Shown: positions 8,562 through 16,646, numbered from the stretch's first letter. The stretch is DNA of 17,052 nucleotides from an uncultured bacterium (GCA_965369655.1 CBDUQR010000053.1:1-17052); one strand, 5' to 3'. Made by a program: numbers and translations. Notes: generated by a model from the letters alone, not told the origin.

Positions 8562-8704
8562 CTTGCTATGGGGCACCGGACACGTCTGCCGCCCACTATG
8601 TTTGCCCTATGTCCGGCACATGTGGACACAAGTCCTGAGTTTCGTCGGTCGCCGATCCCGATCCCCGAGGGAAAGGATGTGCCGCTTACCACCCAATATT
8701 CACA

Positions 8705-8733
8705 TTGAAAAGAATGGATCGAATCGTTATCTT
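8705..8733 (+). promoter_or_regulatory. Putative sigma70 promoter for the mutase-SRPBCC unit
   Basis: TTGAAA (8705-8710), 17 nt, TATCTT (8728-8733). Confidence 0.4.
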
Positions 8734-8751
8734 CTCGTGTTGAGTAGTTGA

Positions 8752-8827
8752 GTAGGTCATGCCAGCTTGGGGCGTGACATTCTGGTTACATGTTTTACTT
8801 CTCACGTCCCAAGCGGACGTGAGCTAC
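8752..8827. repeat. Inverted GTAG-REP doublet (REPIN-like)
   Basis: GTAGGTCATGCCAGCTTGGGGCGTGA (8752-8777) versus the reverse complement of 8801-8827, GTAGCTCACGTCCGCTTGGGACGTGAG. Confidence 0.7.
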
Positions 8828-8912
8828 AAGAGTTTGCTCTATGTTCTGCACATGTGGACATGTACTGGGCACGAAGGATAAACGATGATGTTAAGCTTAG
8901 CAGGGATAGAAA

Positions 8913-10574
8913 ATGAATAAGGATACGCTGGAAGAAATCAGAAAACGCAAGGCCGAGTGGAGCGAAAAAGCCCAGGTTGCGTCCGACAGGAAATGGGTTA
9001 CGGTATCATCCGCGCCAATCGATCCACTCTATACACCGGACAATAACGGCAGCCGCGATTATATCAAGGACGTAGGTTTCCCGGGTGAATACCCATATAC
9101 GCGCGGCGTTCATGCCTCCATGTATCGCGGCAGGATGTGGACAATGCGCCAGTTCTCCGGCATGGGTACTCCTGCAGAGACAAACAAGCGATACCACATG
9201 CTTCTGAACGCAGGGCAGCATGGTCTCTCCGTGGCGTTCGACCTGCCCACGCTGATGGGTTACGACTCCGATCATGAGCGTTCGCTCGGTGAAGTCGGCA
9301 AATGCGGCGTTGCAGTCGACACGCTTCTCGACATGGAGATCATATTCAAGGGAATCGACGTCGGAAAGATTTCGACCTCGATGACAATCAACGCTCCCGC
9401 GAGTGTTCTCCTCGCGATGTATCTTGTCGTCGCCGAGAAAAAGGGCGTGCCGTATGAGAAAGTCCGGGGCACTCTGCAGAATGACATCCTGAAGGAATAC
9501 ATCGCTCAGAAAGAATGGATATACCCACCGGAACCATCGATCAGGCTCATCACCGACCTGATGGGGTTCTGCGCCGATCATGTGCCGCAGTGGAATACAA
9601 TCTCGGTATCTGGCTATCACATCCGGGAGGCTGGAGCGACCGCCGTGCAGGAACTCGCGTACACGCTTGCGGATGGTTTTGCGTATGTCGAAGCCGCGAT
9701 GGACGCCGGTCTCGATGTCGACACTGTCGCGCCGAGAATATCACACTTTTTCAACGCACACATGGATTTCTTCGAGGAAATCGCCAAGTATCGCGCCGCT
9801 CGCAGGATCTACGCGCGCCGCATGCGTGAAAAGTATGGCGCAAAGAAAGAGCAGTCGTGGAAGATTCGATTCCATACACAGACAGCAGGATGTTCGCTGA
9901 CCGCGCAGCAACCGGAACTGAATCTCGTACGCACTGCGACCGAAGCGCTCTCCGCAGTTCTCGGTGGGACACAATCGCTGCACACCAACTCGATGGATGA
10001 GACTCTGGCATTGCCGTCGGACAAGGCCGCCAGACTTGCGTTGAGAACCCAGCAGGTAATTGCCCACGAGACAGGCGTCGCCAACACGATCGACCCGCTC
10101 GCCGGATCGTATTTCATCGAGGCGCTGACCGACAGGATGGAAGAGGAATGTCTCAGGATTTTCGACGAGATCGACGCTCGCGGCGGCGTTCTCAAGTGCA
10201 TCGAGGAAGGCTACTTCCAGCGCGAAATAGCCAGGTCGGCATATGTATATCAGCGGGAGATTGACAAGAAAGAACGCATAATCGTCGGCGTCAATGGTTT
10301 CATTCTGGAAAATGAAGAGATCGATATTCCCGTGCTCGAGATAGATGATGCGACATCGAGAGATCAGCAACTCGCTTCGATTAAGAAAGCGAAGGAAATG
10401 CGCGATAATGATAAGGTGAAGCGCGCCCTGGCCGATCTGACGAAAGCTGCCACTGACGGCAGCAACACCATGCCGCGAATCATCGAGTGCGTCAGGTGCT
10501 ACGCTACCGAGGGTGAGATCAGCGACGCCATGAAAGAGGTCTTCGGCGAGTATGTCGAGCTCCCTATCATCTAA
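8913..10574 (+). CDS. icmA: Acyl-CoA mutase large (substrate-binding) subunit, isobutyryl-CoA mutase (IcmA)-like
   Basis: MCM-family motifs [39 protein letters not shown]. Phe81 (RQF) and Gln199 (YIAQKEW) occupy the Tyr89/Arg207 positions of MCM. No DxHxxG B12 domain. Family is secure; substrate is inferred. Confidence 0.8.
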   Translation: MNKDTLEEIRKRKAEWSEKAQVASDRKWVTVSSAPIDPLYTPDNNGSRDYIKDVGFPGEYPYTRGVHASMYRGRMWTMRQFSGMGTPAETNKRYHMLLNAGQHGLSVAFDLPTLMGYDSDHERSLGEVGKCGVAVDTLLDMEIIFKGIDVGKISTSMTINAPASVLLAMYLVVAEKKGVPYEKVRGTLQNDILKEYIAQKEWIYPPEPSIRLITDLMGFCADHVPQWNTISVSGYHIREAGATAVQELAYTLADGFAYVEAAMDAGLDVDTVAPRISHFFNAHMDFFEEIAKYRAARRIYARRMREKYGAKKEQSWKIRFHTQTAGCSLTAQQPELNLVRTATEALSAVLGGTQSLHTNSMDETLALPSDKAARLALRTQQVIAHETGVANTIDPLAGSYFIEALTDRMEEECLRIFDEIDARGGVLKCIEEGYFQREIARSAYVYQREIDKKERIIVGVNGFILENEEIDIPVLEIDDATSRDQQLASIKKAKEMRDNDKVKRALADLTKAATDGSNTMPRIIECVRCYATEGEISDAMKEVFGEYVELPII

Positions 10575-10594
10575 CCAGTAACCTGGACCGTCCA

Positions 10595-11029
10595 ATGCAG
10601 GGAACTGCCTCCGTATCTCGGGCGATCGAAGTCACCGCAATTATCAACTCGTCTGTTGAGGAGATATTCAACTATCTAACTTCCGCGCCACTTCTCGCCA
10701 GATGGCTTTGCAGGAAAGCCGAAAGCAATCCTGTAAAGGGAGGCGACTACGCATTGTGGCTGGAGACTGAGAGCGAAGATAAGCCGGACATCTACGGCCA
10801 GTTCATCAATTTCGTTGAGAACAAGACAGTTCAGTATGTTTGGATCGACACTGCACAGCGGTTCAACTCACTCGTTACCGCAGTGTTAAATCAGAAACCA
10901 GACGGCATCAGGATCGATCTCTACCACACCAGCCTGCCGATCGAAGAAAGCTACGACGAGTTATACTACTCCTACGCGAAGTTCTGGAAGAATGCGTTCG
11001 ACAGACTGATCGAGCATCTCTCAGATTAG
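10595..11029 (+). CDS. SRPBCC (AHSA1/START-like) domain protein
   Basis: 'INSSVEEIFNYLTSAPLLARW...GGDY...VQYVW...VTAVL...DLYH...FWKNAFDRLIEHL' pattern. 20 nt downstream of the mutase. Confidence 0.8.
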   Translation: MQGTASVSRAIEVTAIINSSVEEIFNYLTSAPLLARWLCRKAESNPVKGGDYALWLETESEDKPDIYGQFINFVENKTVQYVWIDTAQRFNSLVTAVLNQKPDGIRIDLYHTSLPIEESYDELYYSYAKFWKNAFDRLIEHLSD

Positions 11030-11071
11030 AAGTATACCTGTATACTGAAAAGACTGGCAAGAGGGTGGGAT

Positions 11072-11226
11072 GAGGCTGTCCAAAAAGTAGGTCGTGTTCC
11101 GAACCTAATGTAATTCGGTCGCTGATCCCGATCCCCGAGGGACAGGTGAGAAACGCGACACTTCTATCTTATTGCTCTGGAGTCGGGTTTCTTGCAGGCT
11201 TCGCCTGCTGCGGAACACCGACCTAC
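11072..11226. repeat. Second copy of the 3364-3518 element (inverted), one clear TIR, with an extra internal module
   Basis: GAGGCTGTCCAAAAAGTAGGTCGTGTTCCGAA...TGAGAAACGCGACAC...GCCTGCTGCGGAACACCGACCTAC is colinear with the reverse complement of 3518-3392. It lies between convergent genes. Confidence 0.8.
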
Positions 11227-11258
11227 TGGAAAACTCTGAAATACGGGGAAGACCATCC

Positions 11259-12320
11259 TCACGGACTCAGTGCGATGCTGATACCACCCCTGATCGATGA
11301 CCATTCGGCCTTCACAGCTGCATCGATGTTCCTGTACGTGACCGGCGGATCGTCGAGGAATGTCTGCTCCTGATGACCTGATGCAGTGACAAACTCATAC
11401 GTAAATCCGGCCCAGAGACTCAAGGCACCCTCGGTCCGATATGTTAGTTGCAGGTCGACAAGTCCGGCGGTGCCGGTCGAGGCGGAGATTCTCGAATCCT
11501 TCGGTGGATCGCGGACAAGATGATTGTCCAGATCGTCTACCCTGGCTACTGGCGAACCGAGCGCCGTAATCTCCGCCTCCAATCCGAAAGGAAACGCATA
11601 GGCAATCGTGGCGCCTGCATACAGCGTTTTGTATTCGATCTCATATCTGAGCACTTCTGTGGACTTGTCCAAAGTCGTCGTGACAGGCTCATCGAGATAC
11701 ACAAGCCAGGCCTCAAAGTAAGAACCGACAGTCGCGGTGTCGATTATATAATCATTGATCTGCTCCAGACCTCGCTCTACGAATTCCATCTTGACATACC
11801 TGAGTCGCAATCGTGGCGTGATGGTAAATCTGCCGGTATCGAAACGAAAGCCTGCATCCGCTTCGAAGAACGATGTCTGATCGTCGTTTTCAGCCTCTCC
11901 GATTACCCACATTTTCTGCGATCCGTTTCGCTCATACCAATCGTAATCCTTGAACACACCCTTCTCGTTGGCGAACTGAAGTCCCAGACGAACGGAAAGC
12001 ATGAAACGGCTGTATTCTGCCGACACCGAAAACAATCCCAACGTCGAATTGACCGGGAATCGAAGCCTGCTTCTGAGAGGAACGAACGGTCCGTCAATAC
12101 TACCCAGTCGTATATGACCGGCATCGATTTCATACTCAGTATAACCATCAAGGAAAGCCGTTCCCGCGCTGAGCTGGAAACGGAGCTTCACATTGCTGCC
12201 TATTCCAATAGAGCCCGAAGTCGCAGCTCCGACTTCCTGAGCGGACAGACAGGTCACACTCAAAACCGATGACACAGCCAACAACGCAAGTGTCGTCAGG
12301 GCGATTAGCGACAATTTCAT
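11259..12320 (-). CDS. Omptin-family outer-membrane protease-like beta-barrel
   Basis: Signal peptide, 'SRLRFP' (cf. SQLDW), D125-Y-D127-W and D265-N-H267-L-V-R matching the omptin catalytic pairs (OmpT D83/D85, D210/H212), amphipathic strands. Confidence 0.72.
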   Translation of the reverse strand: MKLSLIALTTLALLAVSSVLSVTCLSAQEVGAATSGSIGIGSNVKLRFQLSAGTAFLDGYTEYEIDAGHIRLGSIDGPFVPLRSRLRFPVNSTLGLFSVSAEYSRFMLSVRLGLQFANEKGVFKDYDWYERNGSQKMWVIGEAENDDQTSFFEADAGFRFDTGRFTITPRLRLRYVKMEFVERGLEQINDYIIDTATVGSYFEAWLVYLDEPVTTTLDKSTEVLRYEIEYKTLYAGATIAYAFPFGLEAEITALGSPVARVDDLDNHLVRDPPKDSRISASTGTAGLVDLQLTYRTEGALSLWAGFTYEFVTASGHQEQTFLDDPPVTYRNIDAAVKAEWSSIRGGISIALSP

Positions 12321-12719
12321 CTACTCCTCCAACTCTATGAGCACTCCTAATGTCGATTTCGGATGAAGAAAAGCGACAGACTTATCATCAGCGCCCGGCC
12401 GTGGTTCTTTATCGATCAACTGAACGCCATCCGCCGCCATCAGGTCAAGCGTTGCCTTCAGATCATCAACATGGAGCGATATATGGTGCAACCCCTCTCC
12501 CCTTTTTTCGAGATACTTGTTAAGATTCGAATTCTCATCGAGCGGGGCGATCAACTCGATCCTGATATTCGGCAGGTCGAGAAACGCAACCTTCACTCCC
12601 TGCGACGAGACTTCTGTCACTTCACTGGCGGGAATACCGAGCAGCCGCGAGAAGAGTTCGAGACTGCTATCGAGGTCACGCACGGCAATCGCAATATGAC
12701 TCAGGCTTTTCACGCTCAT
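12321..12719 (-). CDS. mce: Methylmalonyl-CoA epimerase (VOC fold)
   Basis: HIAIAV, QGVKVAF, IELIAP, GEGLHHI, FLHPKSTLGVLIEL. ATG 12719 overlaps the mutase stop (TAATG). Confidence 0.95.
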   Translation of the reverse strand: MSVKSLSHIAIAVRDLDSSLELFSRLLGIPASEVTEVSSQGVKVAFLDLPNIRIELIAPLDENSNLNKYLEKRGEGLHHISLHVDDLKATLDLMAADGVQLIDKEPRPGADDKSVAFLHPKSTLGVLIELEE

Positions 12720-14272
12720 TACAGAATCACGCTTTCTCTGAACTCGCCCCAGACCTCCCTCAGAACATCTGAGATTTCGCCGACAGTGCAATAAGCTTCC
12801 ACGCAATCGAGAATGTACGGTATCAGGTTTTCGCTGGATGCAGCCTTGCTCTTCAGTCGCGACAGAGACGAGTTTACAATCGCGCTGTCTCTCGAATCGC
12901 GAACTTCAGCGAGTCGCTGTGACTGTTCCTCGCGCAGTTTCGGATCGACCCGCAAAATCTGCGAATCCCCGTCATCATCGACCTCAAACCTGTTGACTCC
13001 CACGACCACGCGATCACCCGACTCGACCTTTTTCTGATATTGATACGCCGCCTTCTGAATCTCAGACTGGTAAAAACCGCTCGCGGCAGCCTTCAGCGCG
13101 CCGCCCATCTCATCTATCTTGCTAATGTATTCTGAAGCTTCATTTTCGATGCTGTCGGTCAACGACTCGATGCAATAACTGCCCGCCAGCGGATCGGCAG
13201 TCTCTGCAATCCCCGATTCAAACCCTATGATCTGCTGAATTCGCAGCGCGGTCTGAGCCGTCCGCTGGGTCGGAAGACCGAGCGCCTCGTCTTCCGAGTT
13301 CGTATGAAGCGACTGGGTTCCGCCGAGCACAGCCGCGAGCGCTTCAAGCGTTGTCCTGATGACATTGATCTCCGGCTGCTGAGCGGTCAGCGAAGACCCG
13401 GCTGTTTGAGTATGGAACCTCAGCATCATTGACTTCGGATTTGTGGCGCCGAATCGGTCTTTCATTATCCGCGCCCACATTCGCCGCGCCGCTCGAAACT
13501 TGGCAACTTCTTCGAGAAAATCCTGATGCGCATTGAAGAAAAACGAAAGCCTTGGCGCGAACTTGTCGACATCGAGTCCGCGCGAAAGTGCAGCTTCGAC
13601 ATATGCGATTGCGTTCGATAACGTGAACGCTATCTCCTGCACTGCGGTCGAACCAGCCTCGCGAATGTGATAGCCTGATATCGAGATCGTATTGTATCGC
13701 GGTAGGTTCTGCTCAGCGTATTCGAATATGTCGCAGATCAATCGCATCGATGGTTCCGGCGGATAAATATAGGTCCCGCGCGCGATATATTCTTTCAGGA
13801 TGTCGTTCTGCACCGTCCCGGTGATCTTCTCAGGTGGAACCGATTGCTTCTTCGCGACGGCGATATACATACAGAGAAGAATCGCCGCGGTCGCATTGAT
13901 GGTCATCGACGTTGAAACTTTGTCGAGAGGAATTCCGTCAAAGAGTATCTCGAAATCCTTCAGGCTGTCGACTGCGACTCCTGTCTTGCCAACCTCGCCT
14001 TCCGCCATCGGGTGGTCGGAGTCATATCCGATCTGCGTCGGGAGATCGAACGCCACAGACAGCCCGGTCTGACCCTGCTCCAGAAGATAGCGATACCGTT
14101 TGTTGGATTCGACAGCCGTCCCGAAACCGGCGTACTGCCGCATCGTCCAGAGACGTTTCGTATACATACCGGGATATACTCCGCGAGTGAACGGATACTC
14201 TCCCGACTGCTCGGAAACGTCTTTTCCAGCAACATCTGCTGCCGTGTAGATAGTTTTCCTGGATTCAGTCAT
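12719..14272 (-). CDS. Methylmalonyl-CoA mutase large (substrate-binding) subunit, split type
   Basis: [10 protein letters not shown] (Tyr47) and [10 protein letters not shown] (Arg165) are the MCM-specific pair. No B12-binding domain. Adjacent to mce. Confidence 0.93.
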   Translation of the reverse strand: MTESRKTIYTAADVAGKDVSEQSGEYPFTRGVYPGMYTKRLWTMRQYAGFGTAVESNKRYRYLLEQGQTGLSVAFDLPTQIGYDSDHPMAEGEVGKTGVAVDSLKDFEILFDGIPLDKVSTSMTINATAAILLCMYIAVAKKQSVPPEKITGTVQNDILKEYIARGTYIYPPEPSMRLICDIFEYAEQNLPRYNTISISGYHIREAGSTAVQEIAFTLSNAIAYVEAALSRGLDVDKFAPRLSFFFNAHQDFLEEVAKFRAARRMWARIMKDRFGATNPKSMMLRFHTQTAGSSLTAQQPEINVIRTTLEALAAVLGGTQSLHTNSEDEALGLPTQRTAQTALRIQQIIGFESGIAETADPLAGSYCIESLTDSIENEASEYISKIDEMGGALKAAASGFYQSEIQKAAYQYQKKVESGDRVVVGVNRFEVDDDGDSQILRVDPKLREEQSQRLAEVRDSRDSAIVNSSLSRLKSKAASSENLIPYILDCVEAYCTVGEISDVLREVWGEFRESVIL

Positions 14273-14290
14273 ATCTAATTCAGCACGGAG

Positions 14291-14797
14291 CTATTTGAGC
14301 CTGACGAGGCAATCGCCCTTGTCGACCGACTGACCCGGTTTGACAAGTATTTCCGCGATCTCACCATCGATTTCAGCCTTCAACTCGTTCTCCATTTTCA
14401 TCGCCTCGATGATAATAACACCTTCGCCCTTCGCTATCGATTCACCGACATCCTTCAGCAGGCTCGACACAAGACCCGGCATGGGAGATGTGATTTCTTT
14501 GTGGCCGTCGTTCGACATCTCGATACCGGCGACTTCGCGAAGTTTCGCGAGACGTTCATCCTCAGCGAACACCTCGAACTCGCGTCCATAGATGAAAACC
14601 GAGAACTTCCCGTCCTTGCGGTTCACCTCGACATCGTATGACATCGAATCGATCAGCATCAGGAAACGGTGCTTGTTTTTTCGCGTGGTGCAGCGGAACT
14701 CAATCGGTGTGCCATCGACATTCAGCGTTGTCCCCTCGCTTTTGTCATCGAGGTCGATGATATACTCACTGTCCTGTATCTTCGCCAGATAGCTCAT
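14291..14797 (-). CDS. Biotin carboxyl carrier subunit of an acyl-CoA (probably propionyl-CoA) carboxylase
   Basis: SPMPG and EAMKMEN biotinylation motif. ATG 14797 overlaps the upstream stop (TAATG). Confidence 0.92.
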   Translation of the reverse strand: MSYLAKIQDSEYIIDLDDKSEGTTLNVDGTPIEFRCTTRKNKHRFLMLIDSMSYDVEVNRKDGKFSVFIYGREFEVFAEDERLAKLREVAGIEMSNDGHKEITSPMPGLVSSLLKDVGESIAKGEGVIIIEAMKMENELKAEIDGEIAEILVKPGQSVDKGDCLVRLK

Positions 14798-16317
14798 TAG
14801 CCATTCTCCATCGGCTTGCGGAGTCCGGCGACTCTGCCGGATGCTTTCCACCGGGAACTCTCTCCGCGTGCCGAACCGCCCGTCGATATGCGTTTGGATT
14901 CGAGAAAATCGTAGAAGCATGCCGCGACGGCAGCAGCTTTCAGGATATGCTCCTCGTCATGCACAGCGTACTTGCGATCCTCGAAATGGTCGTCAATGAA
15001 GTGGGTCGACAGGTCGCCCTTGCGAAACGCGTCATGATCCATTACTGTTTCGTGAAAAGCAATCGCCGTCGACACCCCGCATATCCTGTACTCCGATAGC
15101 GCGCGTTTCATCCTGAGAATCGCTTCGTCGCGAGTCGCTCCCCATGCGCAGAGCTTGGAGATCATCGGGTCGTAGTAGATCGGAATCTGTGATCCCTCGA
15201 CGACACCCGAGTCGACCCTGATCCCCGGGCCGGAGGGCTCACGGTACGATTTCAGTTCGCCTGTCGATGGCATGAAGTTGTTGTCGGGATCCTCGGCATA
15301 TATGCGGCACTCAATCGCATGACCTCGAATCGTGATGCTCTTCTGATCGAACGACAGCTTTCCGCCATCTGCCACGTTGATCTGCTCTTTGACCAGATCG
15401 ATGCCGGTGATGAGTTCCGTCACAGGATGCTCGACCTGAAGTCTCGTGTTCATTTCGAGGAAATAGAAATTCCTGTCATTGTCCGCGAGAAACTCGACCG
15501 TGCCGGCATTCACATAGCCGCACGATCTCGCAGCCTCGATTGCTGCCTTGCCCATCCTCTCGCGCATTTTCTTATCTACCAGCGGCGATGGCGCCTCTTC
15601 GATAACTTTCTGATGCCGCCGCTGGATCGAGCATTCGCGCTCGCCGAGATAGACACAGTTGCCGTGAGAATCCGCCATGATCTGGATTTCGATATGTCGA
15701 GGTTTCATTATGTATTTCTCGATGTATACTCTATCATCGCCGAACGCGTTCTTCGCCTCCGATGCTGCGCCTCTGTATGCCGATTCGAGATCTTCAGGAG
15801 CGTGCACAGTGCGCATACCCTTGCCGCCACCGCCTGCTGCCGCCTTGATCAGAATCGGATAGCCGATCTTATCGATCTCGGGCCGCAGCGACTCGATGTC
15901 ATCGATTGCCTTCTTGAATCCGGGCACGACGGGAACGTCCGATGCCGTGACGGCACGTCTCGCGGCAAGCTTGTCGCCCATGACCTCGATAGCCTTCGCA
16001 GGGGGACCGATCCAAATAAGCCCGGCGTCTGTGACCATCTGCGCGAACTTCGCATTTTCAGCGAGGAATCCGTAGCCGGGATGAATCGCGTCGGCGCCTG
16101 CTTTCTTCGCGACATCGATGATCTTCTCACCGACGAGATAGCTCTCGGACGATGGCGATGGTCCGATATGATATGCCTCATCCGCCATGCGAGTGTGAAA
16201 AGCGTCGGCGTCGGCATCAGAGAATACAGCGATAGTCGCAATACCGAGTTCACGGCACGACCGCATCACCCGAATCGCGATCTCACCTCTGTTCGCTATG
16301 AGAACCTTCTTAATCAT
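14797..16317 (-). CDS. accC: Biotin carboxylase subunit (AccC/PccA-like)
   Basis: IANRGEIA, HPGYGFLAEN, GGGGKGMR, ERECSIQRRHQK, EMNTRLQVEHPVTE, RVDSG, YYDPMISK. Confidence 0.93.
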   Translation of the reverse strand: MIKKVLIANRGEIAIRVMRSCRELGIATIAVFSDADADAFHTRMADEAYHIGPSPSSESYLVGEKIIDVAKKAGADAIHPGYGFLAENAKFAQMVTDAGLIWIGPPAKAIEVMGDKLAARRAVTASDVPVVPGFKKAIDDIESLRPEIDKIGYPILIKAAAGGGGKGMRTVHAPEDLESAYRGAASEAKNAFGDDRVYIEKYIMKPRHIEIQIMADSHGNCVYLGERECSIQRRHQKVIEEAPSPLVDKKMRERMGKAAIEAARSCGYVNAGTVEFLADNDRNFYFLEMNTRLQVEHPVTELITGIDLVKEQINVADGGKLSFDQKSITIRGHAIECRIYAEDPDNNFMPSTGELKSYREPSGPGIRVDSGVVEGSQIPIYYDPMISKLCAWGATRDEAILRMKRALSEYRICGVSTAIAFHETVMDHDAFRKGDLSTHFIDDHFEDRKYAVHDEEHILKAAAVAACFYDFLESKRISTGGSARGESSRWKASGRVAGLRKPMENG

Positions 16318-16325
16318 AAGATTAT

Positions 16326-16354
16326 ACTATAACCGAATTACGCGCAATCCGCAA
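16326..16354 (-). promoter_or_regulatory. Putative sigma70 promoter, leaderless geometry (carboxylase-mutase operon)
   Basis: TTGCGG (16354-16349), 17 nt, TATAGT (16331-16326), 8 nt, ATG 16317. No SD. Confidence 0.5.
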
Positions 16355-16399
16355 GCAGATAGAAGTTGACAGCATTCACACTCGTGCTCGTCGGGGATA

Positions 16400-16646
16400 C
16401 ATCTTGTGGGCGGCAGACGTCAAAAGGCTGTCCCAAAAGTGCCACTCAACTTGAGCAGAAAGCTGACCCTGTCGCTCCCGCGGAGGCGGGAGCCTATTTA
16501 ACGATAACGCATTCAATAGATTCCCGCCTGCGCGGGAATGACATGAGCGAAGCCTTCGTCATCACGAGGAGCGACAGCGACGTGGTGATCTCATATTGTG
16601 GGCGGCAGACGTCCGCGCAAGTCCTGAGCTTCGAAGGGTCTGCCCC
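16400..16646. repeat. Composite repeat cluster with a second copy of the 8363-8561 element
   Basis: 16424-16542 aligns to the reverse complement of 8561-8419 (102/119 by hand count, excluding a 24-nt insert). Direct repeats TTGTGGGCGGCAGACGTC at 16404-16421 and 16596-16613. Hairpin GTCATCACGAGGAGCGACAGCGACGTGGTGATCTC at 16558-16592. Confidence 0.85.

Noticed and set aside
8281-8751. Small ORFs at 8281-8469, 8456-8692 and 8515-8751 (also 11146-11373 and 16366-16653)
   Set aside because: Translations of repeat DNA such as MDSR..RGND-type peptides. No independent coding evidence.
8740-8912. Cobalamin riboswitch upstream of the B12-dependent mutase
   Set aside because: No recognisable B12-box or conserved core. 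The structure is explained by a GTAG REP doublet.
9741-10595. 284-aa minus-strand ORF
   Set aside because: Antisense shadow of the mutase with no motifs.
11448-12272. 274-aa plus-strand ORF
   Set aside because: Antisense to the omptin-like gene, which has a signal peptide, motifs and operon coupling.
12720-14920. Long N-terminal extensions of mce (to 12806) and the biotin carrier (to 14920)
   Set aside because: They overlap upstream genes. TAATG-coupled starts at 12719 and 14797 fit better.
15319-16332. 337-aa plus-strand ORF
   Set aside because: Antisense shadow of biotin carboxylase.
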